This document shows, piece by piece, positions 1 through 11,703 of a stretch of 26,610 nucleotides of DNA (its first letter is position 1; the number at the start of each line of letters is the position of its first letter). The position numbers and the translations under genes were made by a program. The notes under the pieces are model-generated. The model saw only the letters and a list, made by a program, of their open reading frames with translations. It ran no database searches and had not been told where the DNA came from. The DNA comes from Chiloscyllium plagiosum. Lineage: Eukaryota. The stretch lies in assembly GCF_004010195.1 (NCBI RefSeq), contig NC_057718.1:40871748-40898357 (forward strand), given 5' to 3'.

Positions 1-142
1 CAAAGGAGATATTAATGGACGTTGGCTTTTTAATACATTTCTGGTGTCACAATTGAGAGTGTGCACATGGACAACTCAGCACTCGTCTTCAATTTTCTGC
101 AAACATCAAATTTGTTGACTTGGTATTACAGTATATTGCTAA

Positions 143-898
143 TTTCTTAATTCATTCACCAGATGTCGGAGTCATTGGCTGGGCCAGCATTTATTCTCCA
201 TCTCTAGCTACCTCTGAGAAGGTGGCAGTGAACGGCTTTCTTGAAAGAGTGCAGCCCATTTGCTGTAGGTGAACACACAATGTGGTTGGGGGTTCCAGAA
301 TGTTGATACTGAAAATTTGGTGACATATTTCCAAGTCTAAGCAGCAAGTAGCTTGGAAGGGAATTTGCAGTTGGTGGTGTTTTCATGAATCTGCTACCCT
401 GGGCCTTCTAAATCATTGTGTTTGTGACTTTAGAAGGTGATGCCTGAGTATGCTTGATGAATTTCTGCACTGCATCTTTTAAGAGAGACACTGCTGTAAC
501 AGACTATCAGTGGCGAAAGACGGATTAAATGTTTGTGGATGTGGTGCCAATCAAATTGGTGGCATTGACCTGGATGGTGTCAAGCTCTCTGACCTTTGTT
601 GGAGCTGCATTCATCTGTATTCCATCACACTTATGACTTATGCCTTGTAGATGGAGGAGAGGTCTTGGGGAGTGAGGAGTTGAGTTACTCATTGCAAGAT
701 CCCTAGCTTTTGACCTTCTCTTGTAGTCACAGTATTTATGTGGCTAATACAGTTCAGTTTCTGGTCAATTGTAAACTCCAGGATGATAATTGTGAGTTAT
801 TCAGTGATGGTGAATTCACTGAGTGTTCAAGGGCAATGGCAAGATTCTCTTTTGTTGGAGATGGTCATTGCCTGGCATTTAGGTGGATTAATATTTGC
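143..898 (-). mobile_element. Decayed 3' fragment of the same LINE-like family as 8806-11703
   Basis: The reverse complement of 151-200 matches the family 3' tail (..ataaatgctggcccagccaatgac..gtgaatgaa; cf. 15060-15110 and 11645-11690). 640-880 is the reverse complement of the RT C-terminal region at 11370-11590. Confidence 0.8.
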
Positions 899-2878
899 CT
901 ATTTTCCTTCCATCCTATTTGGTTCCAATATCACATTTTTATAATTAGTTAGTTATAGCACAAATGAAATCAAACACAAAGTTTCCTCAATGCAATTTTG
1001 GTGTTGAACTTTTCTCAAAACAGGAAACCTTAAATAGGACAAGACGGGGTATACTTTGTCTACATTCGAATGTGTTTCTCGGTTAAAATTAACGCATTTA
1101 GTTTACAGAATGCTATCTTCTACTATGGAGCTGTGAATGAAGAAATTAAGAATAAATGTAATCTTCAGATAAAGTAGAATAGCAGGATATAGGAATAATT
1201 AACCAGACATGCCAAATAGGTAGTCTGGAGGCCTGAAGAAATAACCAAATGTAGGGTTACATTTAAGAGAATAGGAGAAAAAGTGAAAAACCTGATTGCA
1301 AGGACAATGCAGACAGTGATTTGATGGATTAGCACAAAACCTTCTGGGTTTATTCTTATTATAAAGGGCCATAAGAAATAAAATTGCCAGAAGTATTTTA
1401 TTACGTATGTAAACATTTATCATGAATCTCTTGTGACTTTGTTCATAGTTCGTTGGAGTACTTGTTATCATGTCCTAGTTGCTATAACATATTGAAGAAG
1501 GTTAAAGTTTACAGATTTTTAGCATTATGTCTTCTTATTAAAGTAATAGCACTATCAATAATGAATAGAATGATTTTAGCCATAAGAGCATTTTTTGTTA
1601 ACCTCAATGGACTAGATGTATAATATAACAACACATAATGCAAGAATTTTAATTTACCAAGCATCACAATTTTGATAATATCAACAGAAATGAAAGATTT
1701 TATTCATCTCTTCACACTCTAACTAGACTCACAACAAGATAGTTAATAAGTTAAAAACTAATTCAACGGTTCATTTTTTCTGCGGTATTTCTTCCTGAAA
1801 CAGAAAAATATCTGTTGAAATTCTGAAGTCTCCAAGAAACACCAGTTATAATTCTCCTGAAATAGTAACCTCCAACATAAGAATATTACAAAACTGTGCC
1901 AAAGCACAATAAACTTCATTTATAATTGCTTTTAAAACACAATGCAATTAAAGAAATCAAAGAAAAGTTCTCATGCACAGCAATTCAATGCTAGTAACAG
2001 TATTTTAAGCAACTTGTTATAAGGTAAATTACTGCACCTATTTAGTCACATGCTGGCAAAGCCGCCGGCAGTTAGTCATGATGGCGCCTTTTATGTATAT
2101 AAGTACCATGAGATTGGAAAAACTATGCAATTACACATTTTATGTGGTTGACCAATTGATTTTCCTTTTGAAATGACTATTCACAAAGGCTTGGTCAGTA
2201 ATTTACTTTTGTATGGAAAAATCCTGCAATTTGTCTGTCAATACCAAAATCCCTTCTGGTGAGTACTGTAACCATAATACCCTTGTTGACTTCAGCCAAT
2301 ATGTTTGATGACAAACATCCTTATCTGAGGATCTGGATAATGTTTCAGTGGAGCCCAATTTTAACACATTATTTTAATTCATTCTGTGACTGGTACAGTT
2401 TTACATAAGTCAGTCTCAAACTTCATACAGTTTGTCATCAGTTCCTTCAAACATAAAACAACACAAAAAAAACTTTCAGCTTTGTGAAACTATGTGAGTT
2501 TGTTTAGCTTGTTCAACATCAGTTAGTATCCAGCAAAGGCATTTCCTCAATACTGACAATCAGCAAACTTTATCGAAGATCCAGATAACTGCACATCATT
2601 TGTTTCCTTGCGAGGGTTCCTTTCTGACTTCATTCAGTAATACACTGCTTATACATATATAAAAAAACTACCTCAAATTGTATGGGCTCTTAAAGGGAAA
2701 CATCTTTTTATGTACAAGTATAGTCAATGATTTGTTACACATTCCAAAATATAACACAGATTTAATTGTGTAACTGACTCATTATCATCATGCTTTATGC
2801 TTGGAAACATGAGAATAGTTTATTTTAGTGGAAAACCATTAATTTAAACTTCAGAGAATGTGAGCGCTACCCAACCAT

Positions 2879-5800
2879 GGATATTCCTGGGAATACATCC
2901 AGAAAAGTTATTTGGTGGAACTGAGAACTAAGAAAGGGATGATCACCTTATTGGCATTGTACTATAAACTCCCTGAGTAGTCAGTAGGAAATTGAGAAAT
3001 ACATTTGTAAGGAGGACTCAGTTATCTGTAAGAATAATAGGGTGGTTATGGTAGGGGTTTTAACTTTCCAAACCTAGATTAGGAGTGCCATAGTATTAAG
3101 AGTTTGGATGGAGAGGAATTTGTTAAGTGTGTACAAGAAAAGTTTCTGATTCAGTATGTGGACGTACCTACTAGAGAAGGTGCAAAACTTGACCTACTCT
3201 TGGGAAATAAGGCAGGGCATGTGACTGAGGTGTCAGTGGGGGAGAACTTTGGGGTCAGCAACCATAATTCTATTTATTTTAAAATAGTGATGGAAAGGAT
3301 AGACTGGATCTAAAAGTTAAAGTTCTAAATTGGGGGAAGGCCAATTTTGACAGTATTAGGCAAGAACCTTCAAAAGTTGATTGGGGACGGATGTTTGCTG
3401 GTAAAGGGACAGCTGGAAAATGGAAGCTTTCAAAAATGAGATAACGAGTGTCCAGAGACAGTATGTCCCTGTTTGGGTGAAAAGCAAAACTGGAAAGTGT
3501 AGGGAATGCTGGAGGTCGAGAGACATTGAGGCTTTGGCTAGGAAAATGTAGGAAGCATATGTCAGGTGTGAACAGCAAAGCTCGAGTGAATCCTTGGACG
3601 AGTATAACGGTAGTACCAGGGAGATCAGAAGGGCAAAAAGGGGACATGAGATAGCTTTGGCAAACAGGGTTAAGGAGAATCCAAAGGGTCTTTATAAATA
3701 CCTTAAGGACAAAAGGCTAACTCGGGAGAGTTTAGGACCCCTCAAAGAGCAGAAGGCAGCCTACGTATGGAACCACAGGAGATGGGGGAAGATACTAAAC
3801 GAGTATTTTGCATCAGTATTTACTGTGGAGAAGAACACGGAAGATATAGAATGTGGGGAAATAGATGGTGACATCTTATTAAAGAGAAGGTGGTGCTGAA
3901 TGTCTTGAAATGCATAAAGGTGGATAAATCTCCAGGATTTGATCGAGTGTACCCTAGAACTCTGTGGGAAGCTTAAGGAAGTGATTGCTGGGCCCCTTGC
4001 TGAGACATTTGGACCATCGATAGTCACAGGTGAAGTGCTGGAAGACTGGAGGTTGGCTAACGTGGTGCCTATTTAGGAAAGGTGGTCAGGAAAAGCCAGG
4101 GAACTATACACCAATGAGCCTGACATTAGTTGGAGGGAAAGGATTTACATGCATTTGGATAGGCAAGCACTGATTATGGATAATCAATATGGCTTTGTGC
4201 TTGGGGAATCATACCTCACTAACTTGATTGATTTTTTGAAGAAGTAATAAAGAGGAGCAATGAGGGCAGAGCGGTGGACATAGTCTACATGGAATTCAGT
4301 AAGGCATTCGACAAGGTTCCTCATGGTAGAGTGATTAGCAAGGTTAGATCACATGGAATACAGGGAGAACTAGCCACTGGATACAGAACCTGCTCGAAGG
4401 TACAAGAGGGTGGTGTTGGAGGGGTGCTTTTAGACTGGAGGCCTGTGACCAGTGGTGTCCCACAGAGGTCAGTGCAGGGTCCAATGCTTTTAGTCATTTA
4501 TATAAATGATTTGGATGTGAACATTGGAGATATAGTTAGTAAGTTTGCAGTTGACACCGAAGTTCGAGGCATAGTGGACAGCAAAGAAGGTTACCTTAGA
4601 GTGCAACAGGACCTTCATCAGATGGGCCAATGGGCCAACGAGTGGCAGATGGAGTTTAATTTAGATAAATGTGAGGCACTGCATTTTGAAAAGGCAAATC
4701 AGGACAGGACTTATACACTTAGAGTCATAGAGATGTACAGCATGAAAACAGACCTTTCGGTCCAACCCGTCCATGCCGACCAGATACCCCAACCCAATCT
4801 AGTCCCACCTGCCAGCACCCAACCCATATCCCTCAAAACCCCTCCTATTCATATACCCATCCAAATGCCTTTTAAATGTTGCAATTGTACCAGCCTCCAC
4901 CACTTCCTCTGGCAGTTCATTCCATACACGTACCACCCTCTGTGTGAAAACTTTGCCCCTTAGGTCTCTTTTATATCTTTCCCCTCTCACCCTAAACCTA
5001 TGTCCTCTAGTTCTGGGCTCCCCGAACCCAGGGAAAAGACTTTGTCTATTTATCCTATCCATACCCATCATGATTTTGTAAACCTCTATGAGGTCACCCT
5101 CAACCTCCAACGCTCCAGGGAAAACAGCCCCAGCCTGTTCAGCTTCTCCCTATAGCTCAAATCCTCCAACCCTGGCAAAATCCTTATAAATCTTTTCTGA
5201 ACCCTTTCAAGTTTCACAACATCTTTCCAATAGGACGGAGACCAGAATTGCACACAATATTCCAACAGAGGCCTAACCAATTAATGGTAAGGTCCTGGGG
5301 ACTGTTGCTGAACAAAGAGACCATGGAGTGCAGGTTCATAGTTTTTGAAAGTAGAGACGCAGATAGATAGAATAGTGAAGGTGGCATTTGGTGTGCTTTC
5401 TTCTTTAGTCAGAGTGTTGAGTATAGGAGTTGCGAGGTCATAGTGCAGCTGTACAGGACATTGGTTCGGCCACTTTTGGAATATTGTGTTCAATTCTGGA
5501 CTCCCTCCGAGAGGAACAATGTAGTGAAACTTGAAAGAGTTCAGTAAAGATTTACAAGTATGTTGCTAGGGCTGGAGAGTCTAAGCTAATAGGGAGAGGG
5601 TGAATTGTCTAGGGCTGATTTCCCTGGAGCATCGGCGGCTGAGGAGTGACTTAACAGAGGTTTATAAAATTGTGAGAGACATGGACAAGGTAAGTAGACA
5701 AGGTCTTTTCTCTTGGGTGGGGAGTCCAGAACTAGAGGGCGTAGATTTATGGAGAAACAGGGAAGATTTAAAAGGGATCTAAGGGGCAAGTTCTTCATGC

Positions 5801-6020
5801 AAAGGGTGGTGCATGTATGGAATGAGCTGCCAGAGGAAATGGTGGAGACTAGTACAATTACAACATTTAAAAGGCATTTGGATGGGTATGAATAGGAAGG
5901 GTTTAGAGGGATATGGACCAAGTGCTGGCAAATGGGACTTGATTAGGTTAAGATATCTGGTCGGCATGGACGAGTTGGACTGAAGGATCTGTTTCTGTGC
6001 TGTACATCGCTATGACTATG
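2879..6020 (+). mobile_element. 5'-truncated, frameshifted CR1-clade LINE ORF2 (partial endonuclease + RT) with 3' UTR
   Basis: Fragments PTREGAKLDLLLGN (APE C-terminus), LNEYFASVFT, DIVYMEFSKAFDKVPH, VTSGVPQRSVQGP, SKFAVDT (FADD-like) and FFMQRVVHVWNELP. Ends in a ctatgactatg tail. Many stops and frameshifts. Confidence 0.92.
4722..5280 (-). mobile_element. Second CR1 3'-end copy inserted antisense inside the CR1 above
   Basis: Minus-strand ORFs LVRPLLEYCVQFWSP and FTQRVVRVWNELP plus a tail. The host reads through ..tatacactta|atggtaagg.. across the insertion, with tta at 4719-4721 and 5281-5283. Confidence 0.9.
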
Positions 6021-7026
6021 TGGAGGTGTCGGTGTTAGGCTGGGTTGGACAAAGTCAAAAATCACAGAACACCAGGTTATAGTTCAACAGGTTTATCTGA
6101 AAACACAAACTTTTGAAGCCCTGCTCCTTCTTTAGGTGCTACTGAAAGAGAAGACATCGGACACAAGCGGTTAATGTAAAAGTCACTCACAGTTTCAGAT
6201 ATTCAGAATTTAATGTTTTAAGAATTTCTGCATTGATCGGTTCACGTGTCTGAAAATTGATTGGTTTGAATCTATAGACTGAGAATGAAGTGTGGATATG
6301 ATCAAGAACACGATGACAGAAGTCTACATGGCTATTAAAGACTCGAATGTATTGAATAAACCTAAGTTGGCTATTAAATCTTCAATCAATTAGAATGGAG
6401 ATGCAGGTTTTGATTGATTAATATGCAAATCCAATAATTTCTTTCAAGTCACTGCCCCAAGATAACTTAATCTTTTATTAGTATAAAAGAGGTGACATAT
6501 CAGCCCAGACAATGCATTTTAGGTGTGAGGCTTTGTTTAAGATTTGTCTGTGTCTTAACTTGGAGTCAGTCAGGTTCTATTTCCAAAGTAGGAATTTATA
6601 AAATGTCACATTAATTGACTGTCTACAAATCGGATGCTTTTTGTACAAAATAGAATCTGTCTGCAAATAGACACAGACAGATCCTAACAAGCCTCATACC
6701 TAAAATACATTGTCTGACCAGAGTTGTCACCTCTTTTATTCTGATAAAAGGTTGTTATCTCAGGGCAGTGATTTGAAAGAAATTCTGAGATTTGCACATT
6801 AATCAATTGAAACTTCCATCTCCGTTCTAACCGACTGAATATTTAAGTCACCTTAGGTTTGTTCAATACATTTGCATCAGTTGTATTAATTTTTGAATTT
6901 TTACTTATAAATTCTGTGTTGGATGTCTTCGTTCTCACTAACACCAGAAGGTGGAACAGGGCTCTGAAAACTTATTTTTTCAAACAAAGCTATTGGATTA
7001 TAAACTGGTATTGTGAGTTTTGACCT
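6020..7026. mobile_element. Foldback of Penelope-like terminal-repeat sequence (family B) with decayed hammerhead-like motifs
   Basis: 6050-6165 is an inverted copy of 6915-7026, and 6346-6555 is an inverted copy of 6669-6872. The head gtggaggtgtcggtgtt..ggacaaagtca recurs at 26388. Penelope assignment is inferred from the inverted terminal-repeat layout and hammerhead-like remnants. Confidence 0.65.
6163..6340 (-). repeat. Inverted duplicate of local sequence 7328-7543
   Basis: taatgtaaaagtcactcacagtttcagatattcagaatttaatg..catggctattaaag is the reverse complement of 7328-7543, with a ~38-nt internal deletion. Confidence 0.9.
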
Positions 7027-7554
7027 ATAGAATCTATGAAATAGAACACTGATGATGCATCACAGAAGTTACACAACATTTCCACGTGCAAAAGGCCACT
7101 AATATGTACTGAAACATAAAATTCAACAACAAGGACCAACTAAAAGCACAAGTCTACAGACATCTTGCATTATTTATACTTTTCACCAACTCAAATGTGT
7201 TTTATTAATTATTAAGACATAATACTTAAAATATACAGCAATTATCTATATACTGTTGAACACGTACAACTCATTTCCTAAACTACTTCTCAATATATTC
7301 TTTTTATATTATGCTCATATAATACACCTTAAATAGCCATGCAGACTTCTGTCACACCGGTATTTTCATAATTTGATCTGCTCCGTCAGTGATTGTGTTC
7401 TTGATCATATCCACACTTCATTCTCTGCCTAGATTCAAACCAATCAATTTTCAGATGTATTTGAACTGATCAATGCAGAAAGTCTTAAAACATTAAATTC
7501 TGAATATCCGAAACTATGAGTGACTTTTACATTAAGTGCTTGTCTGCTGTAGCC

Positions 7555-7622
7555 ACAACCCTCCTGAGTATCCCTAGCACGTGTTTTCATTTCAGATACA
7601 CAACATTTACGGTATTTTACTT
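7555..7622 (+). repeat. Short decayed repeat; related inverted copy at ~8501-8575
   Basis: ctgagtatccctagcacgtgttttcatttcagata..cggtattttac resembles the reverse complement of gtaaaatactgtgg..tatgaaataaagacaaggtgctggagaaacccactggg. Loosely similar to the family-A terminal repeat. Confidence 0.45.
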
Positions 7623-7879
7623 TTCTATTGCATGAAGCTGCACCATCCAAGTAATATATATGAGGGTTGGCCCGAGTGTCAGCAAGTTAGAAAAGAACCC
7701 TTCTGTTTTGTTGTCAAAGCCATCTGACTCCTACTGTCAAGGAGGACTTCAGGCTCAGATGGAGTCCTCACTGAGAAATTTTCAAAACTGAGGAATCCCA
7801 GCTCGGCAGCAAATTCTCAGAATTAAATTAATGAACATGGGATCAACAAGCCATTCTTCAGGAGTTTAAGGATGCCACA

Positions 7880-8340
7880 ATTGTTCAGATGTACAATGTA
7901 AAGGACAAAACTATATGTGACAACCATGGAAGAATTCCACTGTTTATGATATCTGATAATATTCTTGGAAGAATCCAACTTAACAGACTTGTTAAATCTC
8001 TTGGCAGAATGCATACTGCCAGAAAGTCAAAGTGAGTTCAGGAAAGGCAAAGATGCTTGTGACATGATCTTCAACCTCTGGTGAATATAACAGAAATGTA
8101 ATGAACAATGGATGGAACTTTAATGTGCATTTGCTGACCTAATGTAGGCCTTTGGCATGAAAACAGAGGCGCTTGTGGAAATTCTTAGCCACATTTGGAT
8201 ATTCTGATAAAGCTGTAAAACAGATACTGCAGTTTTACAATGGAATGATAGCCAGAGTCACTGTCTGTGGCAAATACACAGACTGGTTGATGTAACAAGT
8301 GATGGGTCATAATCCCTGCTATTCTGCATTTTCTTTTATG
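7880..8340 (+). mobile_element. Decayed RTE-clade LINE reverse-transcriptase fragment
   Basis: Translates to CDNHGRIPL..LAECILPESQSEFRKGKDACDMIFNLW*I*QKCNEQ..CAFADLM*AF, which matches the RTE pattern LPESQCGFR..DMIF..RQLQEKCREQ..AFVDL.KAFD. Confidence 0.8.
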
Positions 8341-8805
8341 GTATGTTATTTGCTGAAGTTGTAGGGATGGGAATGGCCAAAGTCAAAAATTCTGAAAATT
8401 TCTTAGACAAGCAGTCAAGAAATTATTGCAATTTTTATGATCTGTAGGGAATGCAAATATTTCTAGCCCATTTCAAAAACATTAGGTTTGATGTTAAAAG
8501 TAAAATACTGTGGAAGTTAGGAATATGAAATAAAGACAAGGTGCTGGAGAAACCCACTGGGTCTGGCAGTGTCTATTATGACTGATTTCCACAAATTCCT
8601 TGAATAAAAACTGTGAAAAGAAATATTAATTCAACACACATAAGGAATGAGAAGCAAGTGCAAAGCAAAAACAAAAATCAAATAAGATATACACGCCAGT
8701 CTCTCAGTAACTCAGGAAGATTAGAAGAAAGAATATTGTGACCACCATGGTGGGGGTTGTTATTAGTAACGTTGATGCTGATATTTGAACAGTTAATGTT
8801 TAGAT

Positions 8806-11703
8806 GGGAAGGTGATGGCCTAGTGGTATTATCACTAGACTATTAATCCAGAAATTCAGCTCATGTTCTGGGTTTGAATCCGACCATGGCGGATGGTGGA
8901 ATTTGAATTCAGTAGTAAAAAAATCTGGATTTGAGAATCTACTGCTGACTATGAAATCATTGTCAATTGTTGGAAAAACCCATCTGGTTCATTAATGCCC
9001 TTCAGGGAAGGAAGTCTCACTTGCTCTGGCCTACATGTGACTTCAGAGACACAGCAATGTGGTTGACTCTCAATTGTCCTCTGAAATGACAAAGGGCTTT
9101 TGCCTGAAATGTCGATTTTCCTGCTCCTCGGATGCTGCCTGACCAGCTGTGTTTTCCCAGCACCACACTTGACTCTAATCTCCAGCATCTGCAGTATTCA
9201 CTTCCGCCTGCCCTCTGAAATGGTGTAGCAAGCTATTCAGTTGTACCAATCGCTATAAAGTCTCAAAGAAATGAAACTGGATGGATCAGCTGGCATTTAC
9301 CTAGGCACCAGAAAAGATCTTGGCAGAAACAACCCTGTTGACGCTGCAAAGAACTCTTTACTAACATCTAGGGACTAGTTAGGAGAGCTGTCTCACAGAT
9401 TTGTCAAGCAACAACCTGACATGGTCATACTTACAGAATCACACCTAACAATGTCTCAGACACCTCCATTACCATCCCTGGATATGTCCTTTCCCAACTG
9501 CAGGACAGACCCAGAAGTGGCAGCACAGTTGGGAGGGAGTTGCCTTGGGAGTCCTCAACATTGACTCCAGATTCCATGAAGTGTTGTGCCTTCAGATTCA
9601 ACATGGGCAAAGAAACCTTTCACTGATTACCATGTACCATCCTCCCTCAGGTGGTGAATCGGTTCTCGTCTACATTGAACAACACTTGTAGAAAGTGCTG
9701 AGGATGACAAGGGTACAAAATGTAATCTGGTGGGAGATTTCAACATCCACCACCAAGAGTGGCTCAGCAGCAGTACTACTGATGGATCTGGTCTGGTCCT
9801 AAAGGACATACCTGTTAGACTGGATCTGTAGCAGGGTTGAGGAAACCAACAAGAGGGATAAACATACTTGACTTTAACCTTACCAACCTACCAATGGCAG
9901 ATGCATCTGTCCATGACAGAATCAGTAAGAGCCACCACGAGATAGACTTTGTGGAGACAAAGTCCCGCCTTCACATTGAGAATAACCTCCATCGTGTTGT
10001 GTGGCACTATCACTGTGCTAAATGGGACAGACCTTGAACAGATGTAGCAGTTCAAGACTGGGCATCCATGAGGCGCTATGTATCATCAACAGCAGCAGGA
10101 TTATACTCCAGCACAATCTGTAACTTCATGGCTCGGCATATTCCCCCATTCAACCATTACCATCATGCCAGGGGACTAATCCTGGTTTAATGGATAGTAT
10201 GGGAAGGCATGCCAGCAGCAGCACCAGGCATACCTGAGGATGAGATGTCACCTGGTGAAGCCATCAAACAAGACTACTTGCATGCCAAACAGCATAAGCA
10301 GTAAGTGATAGACAGAGCTAAATGATCCCACAATCAACGGACCAGATCTAAGCTCTGCAGTCCTGCCACATCCAATCATGAATGGTGGCAGTTGGCTAAA
10401 CAATGCACTGAAGGAGGCGGCTCCACAAAAATCCCCATCCTCAATGATGGAAGAGCCAGGCACATCAGAGCAAAAGATAAGGCTGAAGCTTTTGCAGCAA
10501 TCTTAAACCAGAAGTGCCGAGTGGAAGATCCATCTCAGCCTCCTCCAATGGTCCCCAGCAATACAGATACCAGTCTTCAGGCAATTTGATTCACTCAAGA
10601 AATGGTTGGAGACACTGGATACTGCAAAGGCTAAGGGCCCTGACAACTTTCCGGCAATAGTACTGAAGACTTGTGCTTGTCGTTCCCCTAGCTAAGCTGT
10701 TCCAGTTCAGTTGTAACATGGGCATCTACCTGACAATGTAGAAAATTGTCTGAGTATGTCCTGTACATAAAAGGCAGGAAAAGTCCAACCTGACTAAGTA
10801 GTGTCCCTTCAGAGTACTGTTGATCATCAATAAAGTGATGGAAGGAGTCATCAAAATTGCTATCAAACAGCACCTGCTCAGCAATAAATGCAAAATTTGG
10901 GTTTCACCAGAGCCATTGAGCTCCTGACCACATTGCAGCCTTGGTTCAAACATGGACAAAAGAGCTGAATTCCAGAGGTGAGGGAGAATGACACCCCGTC
11001 ACATCAAGGCTGCATTTGACCGAGTGTGGCATCAATGAGCCCTAGCAAAACTGGAATCAATGGCTGTCAGAGGCAAACTGTCAGGTGTCTGGAGTCATAC
11101 CTAACACATAGTGAGATTGTTGTGGTTGGTGGAGGGTCAATCATCTCAGCTCCAGGACATCTCTGCAGAAGTTCCTCAGATTTGTGTGTTAGACCCAACA
11201 ATTTCCAGCTGCTTCATCAATGACCTTTCCTCCAACATAAGATCAAAAGTGGGGATGATTGCACAATGTTCAGCATCCTTCGAGACTTATCAAATACTGA
11301 GCAATCCACATTCAAATGAAACAAGATCCGGACAACTTGGGCTGACAAATGGAAAGTAACATTTGCGCCACACAAATGACCAGGCAATGACCATCAGAGA
11401 CAACCTAACTACTACCTCATGACCTTCAATGGTGTTACCATTATCAACATCCTGGGGCTATCATTGACTAGAAATTCAACTGGAGTCACCATATAAACAC
11501 ATACAAAAGCATGTCAGAGGCTAGAAATACTGTGCTGAGTAATTCATCTCCTGACTCCCCAAAGCTTGCCCACCAACTACAAGGCATCTGCAGTGGTTCA
11601 AGAAGGCAGCTCACCATCACCTTCTCAAGGGCAAAGATGGATGGGCAATAAGTGCTGGCTAGCCAGTGACACCCATACCACACACAAGAGAATTTTAAAA
11701 AAA
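8806..11703 (+). mobile_element. tRNA/SINE-headed LINE-like retroelement (APE endonuclease + RT, CR1-group-like, no ORF1), inactivated copy
   Basis: A box TGGCCTAGTGG at 8816-8826 and B box GGTTTGAATCC at 8871-8881. APE remnants LSHRFVKQQPDMVILTES, VGDFNIHHQEWL and KPTRGINILD. RT remnants GPDNFPAIVLK, IKAAFDRVWHQ, EVPQICVLDPTISSCFINDL. 3' tail and A-run at 11640-11703. The FADD motif appears deleted near 11255. Confidence 0.85.
9089..9208 (+). mobile_element. Penelope-like terminal-repeat fragment (family A) inserted with a target-site duplication
   Basis: Flanked by tgtcctctgaaatg (9075-9088) and tgccctctgaaatg (9209-9222). Homologous to 18343-18427 and 18886-18990. Carries only the 3' part of the hammerhead motif. 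Confidence 0.8.

Noticed and set aside
4274..4963. 229-aa ORF as a functional reverse transcriptase gene
   Set aside because: It is a decayed CR1 RT fragment (FAVD instead of FADD, internal frameshift) that reads into an antisense CR1 insertion.
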